This document shows, in pieces, positions 1 through 12,958 of a DNA stretch of 64,000 nt. How positions within the stretch are numbered: position 1 is the first letter of the stretch; every line of letters starts with the position of its first letter. Below the pieces are notes generated by a model. The model worked only from the letters and a program-made list of their open reading frames with translations. It did not search any database and was not told the DNA's origin. The position numbers and the translations under genes were made by a program. Source of the DNA: Amoebophrya sp. A120 (Eukaryota; Protista; Dinoflagellata); assembly GCA_905178155.1 (NCBI GenBank), contig CAJINV010000005.1, positions 5,731,754 to 5,795,753 on the forward strand. The letters run 5' to 3'.

Positions 1-2369
1 TAATGACCCCGGTGAGCCTCGCCCCTTTAGGAACATACGAAGTCGGTCAAAAGTAGAACAAAAGCAATGACGTCGTCCCCCTCACTGACAGCGCCGCCGC
101 AGCACGGGCCAACGCATAGCCCCGTCGTGGAGTTAGATAGAAGGCTCCGGATAGAGTAGTAAATAGAAAGCAACAGTAAGACTAGCGGCTGGAGACACAA
201 GCTCGGCGATACGTTCGCAGGATTTCCACCCTAACGTAAAAAATTTCGGAAAATCCACATAGGGCAAAAATAAAATCCAAAAAAAAGCCAAAAAAAATTT
301 TTTGGATTTTTTTGCTTCCCCGACGGCCTGGCCTATGTGGGGCAGTTCCCGCGTCTGTTCTCGCCCCTGTTTGTCAGAGGAGGGCCGGGCGTAGGTGTCG
401 TATACTTGCCCGCTTGGGTGGTCCGCATCTCTTGGCCTCCGCTCCTGGTGATGAGAACCCAGAGTGGTGAATCCGTGTGGGGTTGCGCCTTCTTCTGTCG
501 GGGAGCAGAGGCGTCCTTGTGGCGCATTGCCGCCGCAGAGGATTCCTTCTTGGGTTTGGCCAGGAAAAATTGCAAAAAAAATTTGAAAAAAATCCGGGAA
601 AAATCACAAGGCGCGCAGAAAAAATTTGAAAAAAATTCTAGAAAGTGACCAATTTGCAAAAACCAATGGGATTTTGCTAATGTGGCGGATTTTCCGAAAT
701 TTTTTTTGGCCATTTTTCGCACCTCTTGAAATTTTATCCGGCCAAATTCAAATTTTTTTTGGGCAAATCGAAATTTTTTTGAAATTTTTCTTGGCCACAT
801 GCAAAGGAAGTTCTTCACTTCAATTCGAACGTATCCGAGCGCCCGCGTTGTCGAGCAGCCACGCCCATCATGCCTGCGCGCCGCCTCCCGAGCGCTCCTG
901 AGGCATACCGAGCCCGTGTGGCGTGGCGCCTTTGTGTTTTGGCTCATCCCATTGCGAAGCACCGAAGGCAGCGATCCAAATCCCGCCAGCCTTCTGGTGC
1001 AGCCTGCAGGACGGGCCCCAACTCGCCCCCGGCCCAAGAGCCACCCCGCTACCCTTCTCGGGAATTTTAAAAAATTTCAGAAAAAAAGTGGATTTTTCGT
1101 TCCAAAAGTGTTAGGGGCAAAATCCAGCGAAGATACGCGAGGCGTGCCCGCCAACTCCGGACCCGCAGGGATACGCCCCTCCCCGCGGGATATCGTGGAA
1201 AAGAGGCATAGATCCCAAACAGCAGACTAGCCGCGGTGTGCCATGAGGGCCGGCGCGGATGGGGACCGGAAGGGGGGAGTCGTGCACCAGGCACCGAAAA
1301 GGCATGCTTGCCCGCCGCAACAGGAGTCGGCATGATGTCACGTGTGAGCGGAGGTGCCAACTGCGCTAGGCAGTGGAAGGGCGGATAGATACAAATACTC
1401 ACTTAGATTGCACAGGTAGAACTTTGAAAAAGAGACCTCTCAGGCTTGAGAAATTGCATAGTGCATTGATCCCCTCCGATGGCCCCGGCACACTGCAGGC
1501 ACGGGCACGGAAACTGCCGCCCGCGATCACAGCGCAGGCGCGTGTCGAAGGCATTTACTTTACTTTACGCGTTTTCCTTTTACCAAAACCAAAGCAGAAG
1601 ACTAGTAACCGGGCCTACAACATAACGACTAGTAGTAAATAACACACTCCACCTCCGCGCCCGCCGTGGTCGTGACCTTCGTGCCGTGATCGAGCGACGC
1701 GACAAGGGCCTGCGTTTTTCTTAGGGACGAGGGCGCAGCACATGTCAGTGAGAGGAACCCGCGGGCTTGTCCTTATCGATCTTTTGTCGTTTCCCTGGTT
1801 ATTTCTTTGATTTCGCCCAGGCTATCTCTCTTTGTGTCACCCCGGGCCGCCCCTTGCGTAAAAATTGTTTTGGAGGCGTTATTAAAAAAAAAAATTTTTT
1901 TTTTGGCGCCCGCGCCATGTCCCGGGCGCGCCCGGGCCTGCTGCTAGCAATGCCGGCGACCCCGGTGTCACAGCCGGCGTGGCCCCTTCGACATCGGCGG
2001 GGTGGCCTCCTTCCCCGGGCCCCCGTTCAGCCGGCGCTGGGGTGTTAGGCGCCGGCAGCCTCAAGCGCCCGGTCCCCGCGCTGGCAGTTTCACCATGGAC
2101 CGCCGTTGCAAGTGTTCGCCGCGGCAAGGGCCGGGCGCTTGGCGTTCAGGGGGTGTAGGGGCCTTGGCTTCAAGGGTTCTCGGGCGATTGCGCAGGGCTG
2201 CAGCTGCCGTGGAGCCGAGCGCGCGCCTTTGTCAATCTTCCGCACCGGGCCGGGAGATTGCGGCAAGCTTTTGCCGTCGAGAGAAGTGGCCGCCCGCTGG
2301 GTCCGCCAACAAAGCCTCCCGGATGTCCGGGAGGTTGTGTTGCCAGGCCCATTGGACGGCCACCCATTT

Positions 2370-2692
2370 TGTTATCGAGGTTGTTATAGGACGCGTTATA
2401 GGCCAAAACTCGAAATTCCTACGGGGATTTCAGGGGGTTGGCCCATAACGCCTCCCATAACACCTCCCATAACACTTCCCGGGCCCGTGTCAATAGGGGC
2501 GGGACAACATTTCTAAAACGCGCCCCATAACACCCCCCCACAACGCCCCCCATAACACCCCCCATAACACCCCCTATGACACCCCCTATAACACCCCCTA
2601 TAACACCCTCCTATAACGCGTTTTATAACGCGTTCTATAACACCCCCCATAACACCCTGTATAGCGCGCTCTATAACACTTCCCATAACAGC
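2370..2692. repeat. degenerate ~12-nt minisatellite (ATAACACCCCCY-like)
   Basis: Many imperfect copies of (C/T)ATAACRCSYY at 2452-2692, with reverse-complement copies (GTTATA) at 2370-2400. Confidence 0.7.
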
Positions 2693-3900
2693 GCAGGGGG
2701 GGTGCAAAAATTTGCGCGAAAATTTTGAAAATTTTTCGCAATTGCGCGCGCGAGCGATGGGGCGTCCTTTGGGCAGGGAATGGGCCCGGTGCCGCAAGGC
2801 GGGAGCGCGCAAAGCCTGGCGCCCCGTGCGCGGTGCTTTTCGTTTGGGGGCGAAAAACGGGGGGCGATAAAATTGCGCCGCGAAGCCGGCCGAAGGTGGC
2901 GGCGCCGAGCCCCGGTGGCGCCTTTTTTTTTGGGGGGACAAAATTCAAAAATTTTGAAAACTATAACGCGCGGACAACAAAAGCCCCGCAAGGAGCGGCC
3001 CAGGGTGATTTGTGCATCAGCGCAGCCAGCTTGCTCGAGAGCAACGCCCTTCTTAACGAAGTCGGACGTGGACGCGCCTACACGCGCGACAGAAGGACCT
3101 CCGCCGACGACGGGGGAGGGGTAACCGAGGATCGACGACGGGGGAGCATTCTGTACAGCGTCGGATCGGGCGGCGTTTTCATAATATCATCATTCTGGAG
3201 TACTTCATGTCGACGGTGGAGGGATAGGGAGTCCTCCACTGCGGGCTTCAGCCGACAGGTAACTCTGTTGCTTCGCCCTCACAACCATTCGACAGTAGTG
3301 GCTCACTTCTTCTCGTCGAGCAGGCGTGGCGTTGGGCACTCTGGTTACGGGCTTCGGTCTCGACCCTGTTGTCGCTCCAGCGCCACAATTCCAAACTTTG
3401 CGCCCCGAGCTCTCTCGCTGTGGTTTGACACGCATCACGGTGTAGTAGCTAGTATGTTGCGTCGTCTCTCCACCGGGAAATTACGACATCAAGTGAAGAC
3501 GTACAGCAGGCAGATACAACTACCGCGGATCCAGCGAGCCACTACATTCAAGCGGCCAGCGACACCATGGGGGCGTTTGCAGTACAGACTCGGGGACGGG
3601 CCTTGAGCGGAGAAAAGGAGATCTTCATGGGTCGTGGCACTGAAGTCCTAGGTTTTGTACACCTGGCAGGGCTATTTGTCCACGATATAAAAACCTATCC
3701 CCAGCTCGGCTAGTCGTCTCCAGAGCTATGTCCTATAGTTAAGCTTAAGACAGAAGTAGCTTAGTAGTTAGAAGCTGACTATAGAGGTTTCCTCCTCCTC
3801 CTCCTTCCAATCAACAACAGCAAATGATGGAATACCGATCCAGGCACTAATGAGACTACAAGGTCGCAAAAGGACACTCTAAGGCGACAGCGCCGAACAG

Positions 3901-4035
3901 AATAAATTCATCAATTGCATTACAAATTACCTCAGCATGACAAAACGATTTTGTCATGCTGTTTTAACTCGGTATGGAGATTTGTAATGCGTGGCCGCGA
4001 TAATTACTACGAGTGCGATACTTTTGCAGAGGATA
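3901..4035. mobile_element. partial family-2 introner (right end only)
   Basis: Ends ...TACTACGAGTGCGATACTTTTGCAGAGGATA, the reverse complement of the family-2 TIR TATCCTGTGCAAAAGTATCG. Internal GCATTACA/GCATGACA/TGTCATGC present. Left TIR not found. Confidence 0.65.
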
Positions 4036-4718
4036 CGGAACCGACAACGAAAACAATATCTCTTCTACCTTCCTCCTGGGCGGGTTGACCTTGACATCTT
4101 CCAGTGGCTTCGGCAATTATGGTGCTGGGAATGGGAATGGCGAAGATTATCGTGACCTGCAATTATCGTCTTCGACAAGCCTTGCGCCGAAGATCCCGAG
4201 CGACAGCTTCGATCTGGAATTCAACGACGACTGCAGTTTTATGGGACGCAAATTGGGTGGAATGATGCACAATGGAGGGAATTATCCTGTGCAAAAGTAT
4301 CGTACTCGTATAAATGCAAGTCTTGCGTTACAAATCTTTTTACTAAGGCAAATCCGCATGACAAATTCCATTTCTCATGCTAAGGAAATTTGTATTGCAA
4401 TTTATACTAGTACGATACTTTTGCAATGCATAGGAATGATCCAAGCACGATTTCCATGAACACGTCTTTCAATCATTCCGCAGGAACAAACGCGTCTGCC
4501 GCGCAAATGGACCAAAACCAGTATCTTCGCAATGGTGGATTCTTTCATCCGGACATGAGTCACATTTCGTTCGGGGCGAGCGGAGAGGTGAGTTGTTATT
4601 CCATGGGTGGAGCTACAGGAGGAGCTCCTGGAACGGCAGGAACGATTGGTGGCGGCCAAGGTGAAGAACAAATCACGAACTACATCGAGGATGGCGAGCA
4701 CGCAGTACAGAAGCCCAG
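4036..4718 (+). CDS. internal exons of a low-complexity (G/S/N-rich) hypothetical protein, partial
   Basis: ORFs 4013..4459 and 4426..4758 join in frame (MHNGGN-DPSTISM) after removing 4283-4437. Possible GT donor near 4719. Start and end unresolved. Confidence 0.6.
4283..4432. mobile_element. introner, family 2 (150 nt), DR GGAAT
   Basis: TATCCTGTGCAAAAGTATCGTACT...AGTACGATACTTTTGCAATGCATA, with GGAAT on both sides. Confidence 0.92.
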
Positions 4719-4740
4719 GTACGAAACAAAATCAGATTTG

Positions 4741-5515
4741 GGGAAAAGTGGTCAGTAGGCTCGTGCTCGCAGCTCTACCAGCACGACAGAGTATGCATGT
4801 TAACTAGCTATTATCCGTGTGACCGCAGTATTTGTAATCGAGCGCAGCCGTGTTGCTTTCTGTAGCCAGGACCACAGACTCTAGAGCAGGGGACGGGCGT
4901 GAGTGGGAAAGGAGGAAAAGGGGGAGGGAGCGACCGGGAGAGGTGGGGGGCCGCAGCGCAGAAAGGGGGAGCCGGAGGGGGGGGGGAAGGGGAGGCAGCA
5001 AGTGGGAAGGGGAGGAGGGTGGAACCCGAAAAGGAGGTGCCAAAGAGAAGGAGAAAAAGCACCCAAGGGCGAAGAGGAAAGGGCGAAGAGGGGCAAAGAG
5101 GTGTAAACAGGGAAAAACGCTGGGAGAGAGGGCGGAACAGCAGGGGGAAACCGGGGGAAATGCGAAAAAGGACGGCCGTGCCGGGGCAGAGAGAAAGGCG
5201 GAAACAGGGATCAGGCGCCATTGATGGGGGTTCGTGGGGTTTGGGCCGGGCGGGGACGCGAGAGTCCCGGTGACAGGGAGTCTCCGGTCATGGGGTTCCC
5301 AGGTGATTTCCGGTCAAAAGGCTATGGCGTACTGCTTCACAGGACGAGGGCTCCGATGGAAATAAATCCGTGCTCCACAGGGGGAGGAAGCTTCTTGGAC
5401 TCCCGACCCGGGCCCGGCTTCTCTCGACCACGGGGGCTCGTACTTGGACCCAGGGGAAAGTGGTCAGTAGGCTCGTGCTCGCAGCTCTACCAGCACGACA
5501 GATTATGCATGTTAA
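4741..5515. repeat. ~62-nt direct repeat (4741-4803 / 5454-5515) flanking a purine-rich ~650-nt insert
   Basis: AAAGTGGTCAGTAGGCTCGTGCTCGCAGCTCTACCAGCACGACAGAnTATGCATGTTAA occurs twice. Confidence 0.8.
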
Positions 5516-6757
5516 TTTCGTGTGCTAGTAGTGCGAGGCACAATATGTATGAACCTCTAGTATGTATGATCGCCTCGTCTGAAGAGTGCTGTAGAGCTTA
5601 AATTCTTGCACCACAACATGAAGATCCCTGATGCATGCAAGCGAGTTGAGAAGACTGGGTACTTCTACCAGCAGAGGCGAGATTGATATAACAGAAAGAA
5701 ACCGCTCTGCAACTACTTCGGTCCTAGACACTATAACTTCATCGCAGAAGACGGCTGTTGCTGTTGCTGGAAGATGGATCCTAAATTTTTGCATCTCGTC
5801 TTTGCCCTTGCCGCTAAAATCTAGAAAAATCGATCAGCCCCGGCGGCTTCAACGCCAAACTCTATTCACAAGGTCTGTCGGTTGAGAGAGAAAGATTTTT
5901 AGATTTCTTGTCGGTCTACGACCCGAGAAAATCTATCTATACTTACTTCGGTATGCCGGATTGGGGAAAAGTGTGAAGATAACAGGAAATAAAGATCCTT
6001 CCAGCAAGTGCAAGCGTGACAGATCATCTTGTATGTTCTATCCGATAGAGTTGCAGACGAAGCGAAAACGTTGCGAGTCTCGCTATTCACCAATCTTGTC
6101 AACAACGCAGCAACTCGCATCCCTCTAATAAAAAACTTCTCTCATTTTTGCGCTTTTCTGGTTTTCGTGGTAACCCCTCGCAAACCCGCGTTTGTCTACT
6201 TGTAGCAAACGCCGCGTCTATATCAAACAACATTTAAAAAACTACTTCCCGGTTGTACAACTAGGCACTACAGCTTTATATAATCAGCTGACATTTTTGC
6301 ATTTGCTTCGATTTTACACCCAAAACCTGCGTGTATTTCTTCATCAATTTTGTCGTGGTAACCCCTCACCATTTTAATTGTTTTCGTCTCGGTCGTGCGT
6401 CAAAGTACTAGTACCGGCACGGAACGTAAAAATATTCGTAGTTGGACAAAGGAGCTGCTGCGTCAAGAACGTATTTCGAACATATTAATTGCACGACAAG
6501 AAATAACTTTTTTACAAACCGCACAAGCTCTACCTGAATTAGAGTCGTACTCATTTCCTCGCCACGTCTTATTTCTAGAAATTTCACGAGCTGTAGCTGT
6601 GAAAAATCATATTTCTTGTCATACCCCAACTGAACTGTAAAATCGAAATCCGAGTTTGTTCTCGGTCTAGAAATAAACGCCGAACTTCGGTCACCTGAGA
6701 GTCGCAGCGTAAAATCAAAACAATCTTTTTTTCTCCAATTACTAAAAGTAAAAAAAG

Positions 6758-9700
6758 ATGTACCCGTATAACTACGATCAACCACAGCCTGCACCACAAG
6801 GTGCAGCAAATAAAGCTAAAGCTCCTCAAATCAGCACAAGCTCTGGCAACATCACTTTTCCCCTTCGTCTTCCTTTGCATACGGGTAGTCCGATGGTTCC
6901 TTCGAACAACTTGACCGGCACGTCCGTGTCGATCTCAACGAGTGCCCAGCCGACCGCCGCCTCGACGCCGTTGAGCTGCACCTCGAGTGCAAGCGCGAAC
7001 AACACCAGGATCACGTTTACCAAGTGTAAAAATGTCTGGGTCTGGAAGAGTCATGCTGTTTTTGCATGACACAGAAGGTCTGGCATGGAAGCTCTAGCAT
7101 CACAGGTTTCGAGAACCTTCCGCAATGCCGAATCCGCATGACAAGTCCCCTATTTTGCTGACAAAAAGTGGGAGCTTTTGCTATGTATGCATGAGAGACT
7201 TTTCTGTGTTCTGAAACACGCATTACAAGTTACAATCTTCCAGACCCAGACATTTTTGCATTTGATAACGTTGGACCAGCAAACGACGGCCGCGCTGTTG
7301 CAGCATTTGAACCAGGCCATTGTCGCGCAAGAGCAGCTATCCTGTGCAAAAGTATCGTACTCGTAGTAATTGCAGTTATGCATTACAAATCTTTTTCCTA
7401 AGGTCAATCAGCATTACAAATTCCATTTCTCATGCTGCGGAAATTTGTAATGCAATTGCAATTCATACTAGTACGATACTTTTGCAATGCATAGCAGCAG
7501 CAGCAGCAACTGGGAACAAATCAGATGCAGCAAGGCCAGCCAATCCGTTTCGGAGGCCAGCAGCAGGGTCACCAGCAGCAGGTGCACCAGACCGGAGGTG
7601 CTGTCTCGGCTAACATCATGGGCGGTGCCAACAACAACATCAACCAGAACACCAGTGATCTCCTTTTGAATTTCAGCGCGTTGAGCTCTCTGCTTCAGGT
7701 TCCAGCTGGTACTACTTCCAATTTGGGTAGTTGTTCCATGAATACGCCCAACAATTCGTCGTCGCCTCTGCTGGGCTGCAACATGAACAACATCGGAAGT
7801 TTGGGAAGCACCACTCCTCAAGCCTCCCCTTTGCGGCGAACGGAAAACAGCGAGGCTGCTGTGCCTGCGAACCAGACCAAGAGAATCTTGCAGACCATTT
7901 CCATCCGGAAACTGCCCGCGCCGTTGTTCCAGGTGGAGAAGGCGAAGATCGTTCACGAGTTGAGACAGATTGGCCAGCACGCGTTGTCGCAGTTCGGCAG
8001 TACCAATTCCTTCGAATTGAAGGTCGCGGAGGAGTTGAGTTTCAACCTCTGCCCGCGAACGGGCGAGCGCCTCCCCGCAGCGGGGTGGAAACTGGAGGTG
8101 GACTTACCTGCGGCGATGGGAACTTTGCAGCCCACGAAGATCACCGTTGCAAAGATTTACTACGTCTCGCGCCAGGCGGCCGTGAACAGTAAAAACGAAG
8201 AAACGAGCAAGGCTGGGGCACAAGGCAGAGACACAACGACTCAATTCAGCACTCGTGTTGACCCGCGGGAGTATCCAAGAGAAAAACTGTGTTAGTGTAA
8301 CTTTCCTTGGCTGACAGCATCACAAATTTGCTCTACATGACAGCGAAAACCTGTCACGCGTGGCTTGTAGGGGAAAGCACACATGAAAAGAGAACTTCAC
8401 GTTTGTCTGGCATCACAGGTGTAACTCTGTTGCATGTTCTGCATTACAAAGTTACACTTACACAGTTTTTTTCTTGCATAGGGAGACCGTCGCATCTACT
8501 GCTGATGATAAGGGCAACTACGGTGCGGGTGGAAGCCCGACAAGGGGTATGGAAGCGTCAGAATTGAAATCGTCAAAGTTGAAATAGTTTGTCATGCATA
8601 AAACACATACCAGCTAGACCTACAGTTTGTAGTCGGTGCATGACAAATTTCCCCGGTCCTGGAAGCGAGTCTGTCATGCGGTTTAGGGCAAAAGAGCTGC
8701 CCTCTGTCATGCTAGTTAGCAGTCCAACTTTTGAACCTTACCAGGACTATAATCTGCCTCCCGTGGGTCCTCTGCAATAGAGTCACTTTCTGTGTCGCAT
8801 TTTATGCATTACAAATTATTTCAACTTTGACGATTTCAAACCTGACGCTTCCATAAGGGGGCAAAAGGAATTATTGGATCTTCTCCCGCCCGCACACCAC
8901 ATATCAAATGCAAAAATGTCTGGGTCTGGAAAAATGCAAGGTTTGTCATGCTAGGCTAGCAGGACTCTCAAGTCTGTCATGCGCGTTACCCAAAAACCTT
9001 TTTTTTCTGTGATGCAGAGTCGTAGTTTGTCATGCAGAATAGGCAACACTTAGAAGTTCAGAAACTTGTCATGCTAGGCCATTATTTGTGGGTTCCTCAT
9101 GCTACGTCACTCAGCATTACAAGTTTCCAGACCCAGACACTTTTGCATTTGATACCACAAACAGAGCGCCGATTTTCTGATTCCCTTGCAAGGCAACAAC
9201 GTGACTACGACCCCGCGCAACACGGCCGACACGTTTCAGTCCGCTTGCTCCGGTCATGCGGAATCGTCCCCGTGTTCGTCTGTCTATGGTGGAACGAGGA
9301 AGAACACGATTGCCACCTCCGCTTTCACGAGTTGCCGGAATTCCCCGATGGCTAGCATGATGAACAACAATTCAAGTTCTCCAGCCGGCGCTCGGGATTC
9401 TATCGCTTGCTCGGCTATTTTCACCGGTCGGAATTCGGAGGAAAACAAGAACAACCAAAGCGGTGCAGCTGCTTGCACGGCCTCGTCGAATGCAAATGCA
9501 AACAACCGGAAGGAGGCTTCTATGGAGGTGGAATTCTTGGAGAACAACAATTTTCTCGAACACGATGGGCAAATGATGGAAATGATTTCAACCGTCCAGA
9601 AGGTGGTCAAAGAGGCAATCGTGGCGAAGGTTTTCGAAAACGAAAATTTTAATGCGAATGGGACCACTTCTACTTCTTCCGATGCTGCTCTGTCCACGAA

Positions 9701-11381
9701 AAAAATGCAGCCGGTTCTGTCAGTCGACATCACAAATTTCTTCCACCAGTCGCAAAAAGTGACGGAGAATTTCAAGGCGATCTTCGGCACGACGAAAACC
9801 AATACCTGCTTCCACCCGGGACCCGTGAATGCGCAGCTGAGCTCCAAGATCAACTGGAACAATCATGATAGTACTCAGGGCGGAGGTGGTGCTGGTGGTG
9901 ATCACCAGCAGTCTGGAACAAATCTGTACTGCGACACGGCACAACCAGCTGATCCCTCTTTCCACTATGGTGAGCTCACCTTCCGCGTTTGCCGGAAGTG
10001 CAGCCAGCAGTGCCAGAAGGACAGCGTCAAGATTCAGCAGGAATTCGGACATCTGTTGAACAATACCCAGCAGAACGACAGCAGTACTAGTGGTGAAAAC
10101 AACACTACTTCTGTCCTCTGCGCCAACCGGCTGCGCATGCAATTGTTGATGGCGACGGTGCAACAGGGACTGGATGAGAATGAGCAGCAAATCCAGCAGC
10201 TGCAACTCGGATTGATGCCCCAGAGCGTGCTCCGCACCTCCACCGGGATCACGAGCAACAGCACCAAGATGAACTTCTTCGGGCCGCCCCCAAGCACCAC
10301 CGGGCCGCCGTTGACGTTTTCGAGGTATGTCCCGAAAATGACCTGGACGGTGAAGCTGAAGGTGCCCAAGCAGTCAGGACAACTAGGTGGACACCAGATG
10401 ATGTACAACCAAGAGCACCAGCAGCAAAATGTTTACGATGCGTTTTCCGGGACCATGAAGGGAGGGAGCAACATCATGGGTGTGAACAATATGAACCAAC
10501 AGGTTGCCCCGCAATCTACTCCGGAACAAGATTTCGTTCAGTTCCTGATGGAGAACAGCAACGTCGCAAACATGATCGAGTTATGCATTGCAAATATGTC
10601 TGGGTCTGGCAGAGTGCTCTAACTTGTCATGCTACATCTGGATCGTGGAAAATAAATTTGTGTTGCATGATTACCAAAGGAGGGTCACTTTTGAACAAGT
10701 TGAGAGGCAGTTTCTCATGCAAGAAAGGCATGATAGAGATCTTCTCACAGAACCTGTCATGCTAGGCCGTGCATGCCAGACCGCGTGGGTCATGGAAAAC
10801 CTGCATGACAAACCTAGCACTCTTCCAGACCCAGACACTTTTGCATTTGATACGAGTCTATCAGCTACACGCTGCCGCCCTTCTCCGCCGAGCTGGTGCC
10901 TTCTACTAGTAAGAACCCAGCAGCTCCTGCTTCTGCTTCTTCTCGCAACAGTGCGGCCAGTGGCAGTCCTGTTTTATCTACTTTCCCAGCCGCCCGGGCT
11001 TCCGCTTGCCAAAACACTCAGCAGGCGATGTTGTTTAACAGAGCTAATGGTTGGACTAGTGACCACTTCAGCAACAACTTTTCCGGTCTGTCTACTGCTG
11101 CAGCAACGACCTCGGGAAGTAATACCAGCAACAGTTGTCTTTTGACCGATTTCCTGTTTCCAATGCCGATGGGCGGTTCTTGCGGCGCCGGTGGATCCTT
11201 AGTATCAAACACATTCAACGGTACTGCGGTGAGTTCTTCGAGTTCATCCCCCGTGGGAGGCCGCCCAAGTAGCTCCTTTTCCGTCGCGATGGGAGAGGTG
11301 CAGGCACGCCCGTCGGTGGCGGAGTCAAGCGTTCTTGGGCTCAACATGTCGTCGCGCCGAAGTTCCTACATGCAAATGTAA
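6758..11381 (+). CDS. hypothetical N/Q/S-rich protein, ~1048 aa, 7 exons, 6 introners
   Basis: Removing the six elements (7018, 7338, 8272, 8548, 8902, 10582), each plus one 5-nt DR (1477 nt total), leaves 3147 nt in a single open frame from MYPYNY to SSYMQM*. Confidence 0.85.
7018..7267. mobile_element. introner, family 1 (250 nt), DR ACGTT
   Basis: TACCAAGTGTAAAAATGTCTGGGTCTGGAAG...CTTCCAGACCCAGACATTTTTGCATTTGATA; the frame is restored as RIT-LDQQ. Confidence 0.93.
7338..7493. mobile_element. introner, family 2 (156 nt), DR GCAGC
   Basis: Family-2 TIRs; the frame is restored. Confidence 0.93.
8272..8480. mobile_element. introner, family 4 (209 nt), DR GGGAG
   Basis: TATCCAAGAGAAAAACTGTGTTAGTGTAACTTT...AAAGTTACACTTACACAGTTTTTTTCTTGCATA. 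Confidence 0.9.
8548..8855. mobile_element. introner, family 3 (308 nt, ~55-nt TIR), DR AGGGG
   Basis: TATGGAAGCGTCAGAATTGAAATCGTCAAAGTTGAAATA...TATTTCAACTTTGACGATTTCAAACCTGACGCTTCCATA. Confidence 0.93.
8902..9154. mobile_element. introner, family 1 (253 nt), DR CCACA
   Basis: Family-1 TIRs; the frame is restored into ORF 9186. Confidence 0.93.
10582..10852. mobile_element. introner, family 1 (271 nt), DR CGAGT
   Basis: TATGCATTGCAAATATGTCTGGGTCTGG...CCAGACCCAGACACTTTTGCATTTGATA; the frame is restored into ORF 10896. Confidence 0.93.
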
Positions 11382-12468
11382 AAGCTATAAGACCAAGACG
11401 GCGAAGAAGACTCTTCAAGTAGAAACAACTTCTGCGATAAAAATTGTGATCTTGTTCACAGTGGCGAGGGAAGTAGACGAGGGTGGGACTATATGTTGCG
11501 GGGCCGCAGTTGCGCTAATATCGTATGCATATGCAAGTTAGTAAGTACTATCTGCGCGAGCGAGACTCATTTATCATTATCGCACAAGTGCTGACTGCTT
11601 GGTCTCGTAGCTGCTCCCGAAGATCTCGAACAAGCTATGACCACAAGTTGTACCTGATAGCTTCTGAGATGTTGAATTTATTGAGACACCGTGAAAATGA
11701 GGAACTTAGGTCTACTTTTATTCAATCTGTACCTGGTACTCTGCACTCGATCATGACTTCTTCCAGCATATGTTGTTCAGAAGTTGTCAACTCAAGTGAT
11801 AAAGCCTGCTATCAAAAGTCAAAAGTTGCCGGGCCGTTCCGCTACGAAATGATACTGTAATACTTTTATTTATGCACTATACAAATCAAAAAACCGGAGA
11901 AGATTAAAGATATCGCGAGCTGCTTTCTAATTTTTGCCTTTTTCGAAATGTTTGCATCCTTAGACAAGAACTCGTCCCATATCTATGGTGAGGAGCTGCG
12001 CGAAGGATGTCGAAACAAAAATCATCATGTTGTTTTGCTGTACTATAACAATAACTGTTCCCTAGAAATGTAGTGAATTTTGTGAATTTCGAATGTTATA
12101 AAAAGAAGCTATCGATTATGAATCGGAAAAGAACCTAAATCGAAGCTTTGACTTTCTGGTCCAATTGAGGTGATTAGTGAAAACTCCACGTCGCCACAAT
12201 TCATCCTTCTAGAGTCGAATTCATAGTGGAGAAGAAAGAGAATTTGTTGAGAAGGATTTGTATAGCAAACAGACCACACCTAAAGAACGCTACTAAGGAT
12301 CGAGAATGATGATGAAAAGTATGACCACATCTGCAAAAAATCAGTACTTTATATTTTCTGTAAACCCGCCACCGCCTGGATGTATTTTTAACGTCAACTT
12401 ACTACTTATGATCTGCATTATTTTTAAAGCAAGAACTAGGCACTGACTCTTTCTATGCACAAGCATGG

Positions 12469-12626
12469 AGTACATGGCCAATTCCAACTTTTTTCCAAGA
12501 AATAAAGGGACCACAACATAGCTATGAAGGCACAGCAGGTGGCATGAAGTACATGGCCAATTCCTACTTTTTTCCAAGAAATAAAGGGACCACATAGCTA
12601 TGAAGGCACAGCAGGTGGAATGAAGA
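12469..12626. repeat. ~78-nt tandem duplication
   Basis: GTACATGGCCAATTCC...AAGAAATAAAGGGACCAC...ATAGCTATGAAGGCACAGCAGGTGG occurs twice. Confidence 0.8.
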
Positions 12627-12887
12627 ACGTGGAGGAGTTTTTTGCCAATCTCTACTTTCTATATTGGCCAGAGCCAGTCTGCTGGTGTACATGAGAAACA
12701 TCAAATGAGTGGCACTATTAAATTGGTACAGAAAATTTGCTCCCGAGCTGTGGCGGTAGAGGTATTTTTGTCAAACTTATCGTCTATTTTTTCTTCGCGC
12801 CCTTTACTACAGCACCCTAGTAAAACAAGTTGCCGCTCATGTAGATGTACGATAAATTGCTGTAGTACCAAAGAACCCCCCTACCAT

Positions 12888-12958
12888 TCGACCTTTGCTG
12901 GTCGGGTGAGACCGAAAGAATTATCGACCTTTACTGATCGGGTGAGACCGAAAGAATT
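12888..12958. repeat. 36-nt tandem duplication
   Basis: TCGACCTTTRCTGRTCGGGTGAGACCGAAAGAATT occurs twice. Confidence 0.8.

Noticed and set aside
333-3606. Many overlapping ORFs of 100-290 aa
   Set aside because: Products of GC-rich and homopolymer low-complexity sequence with no recognisable motifs.
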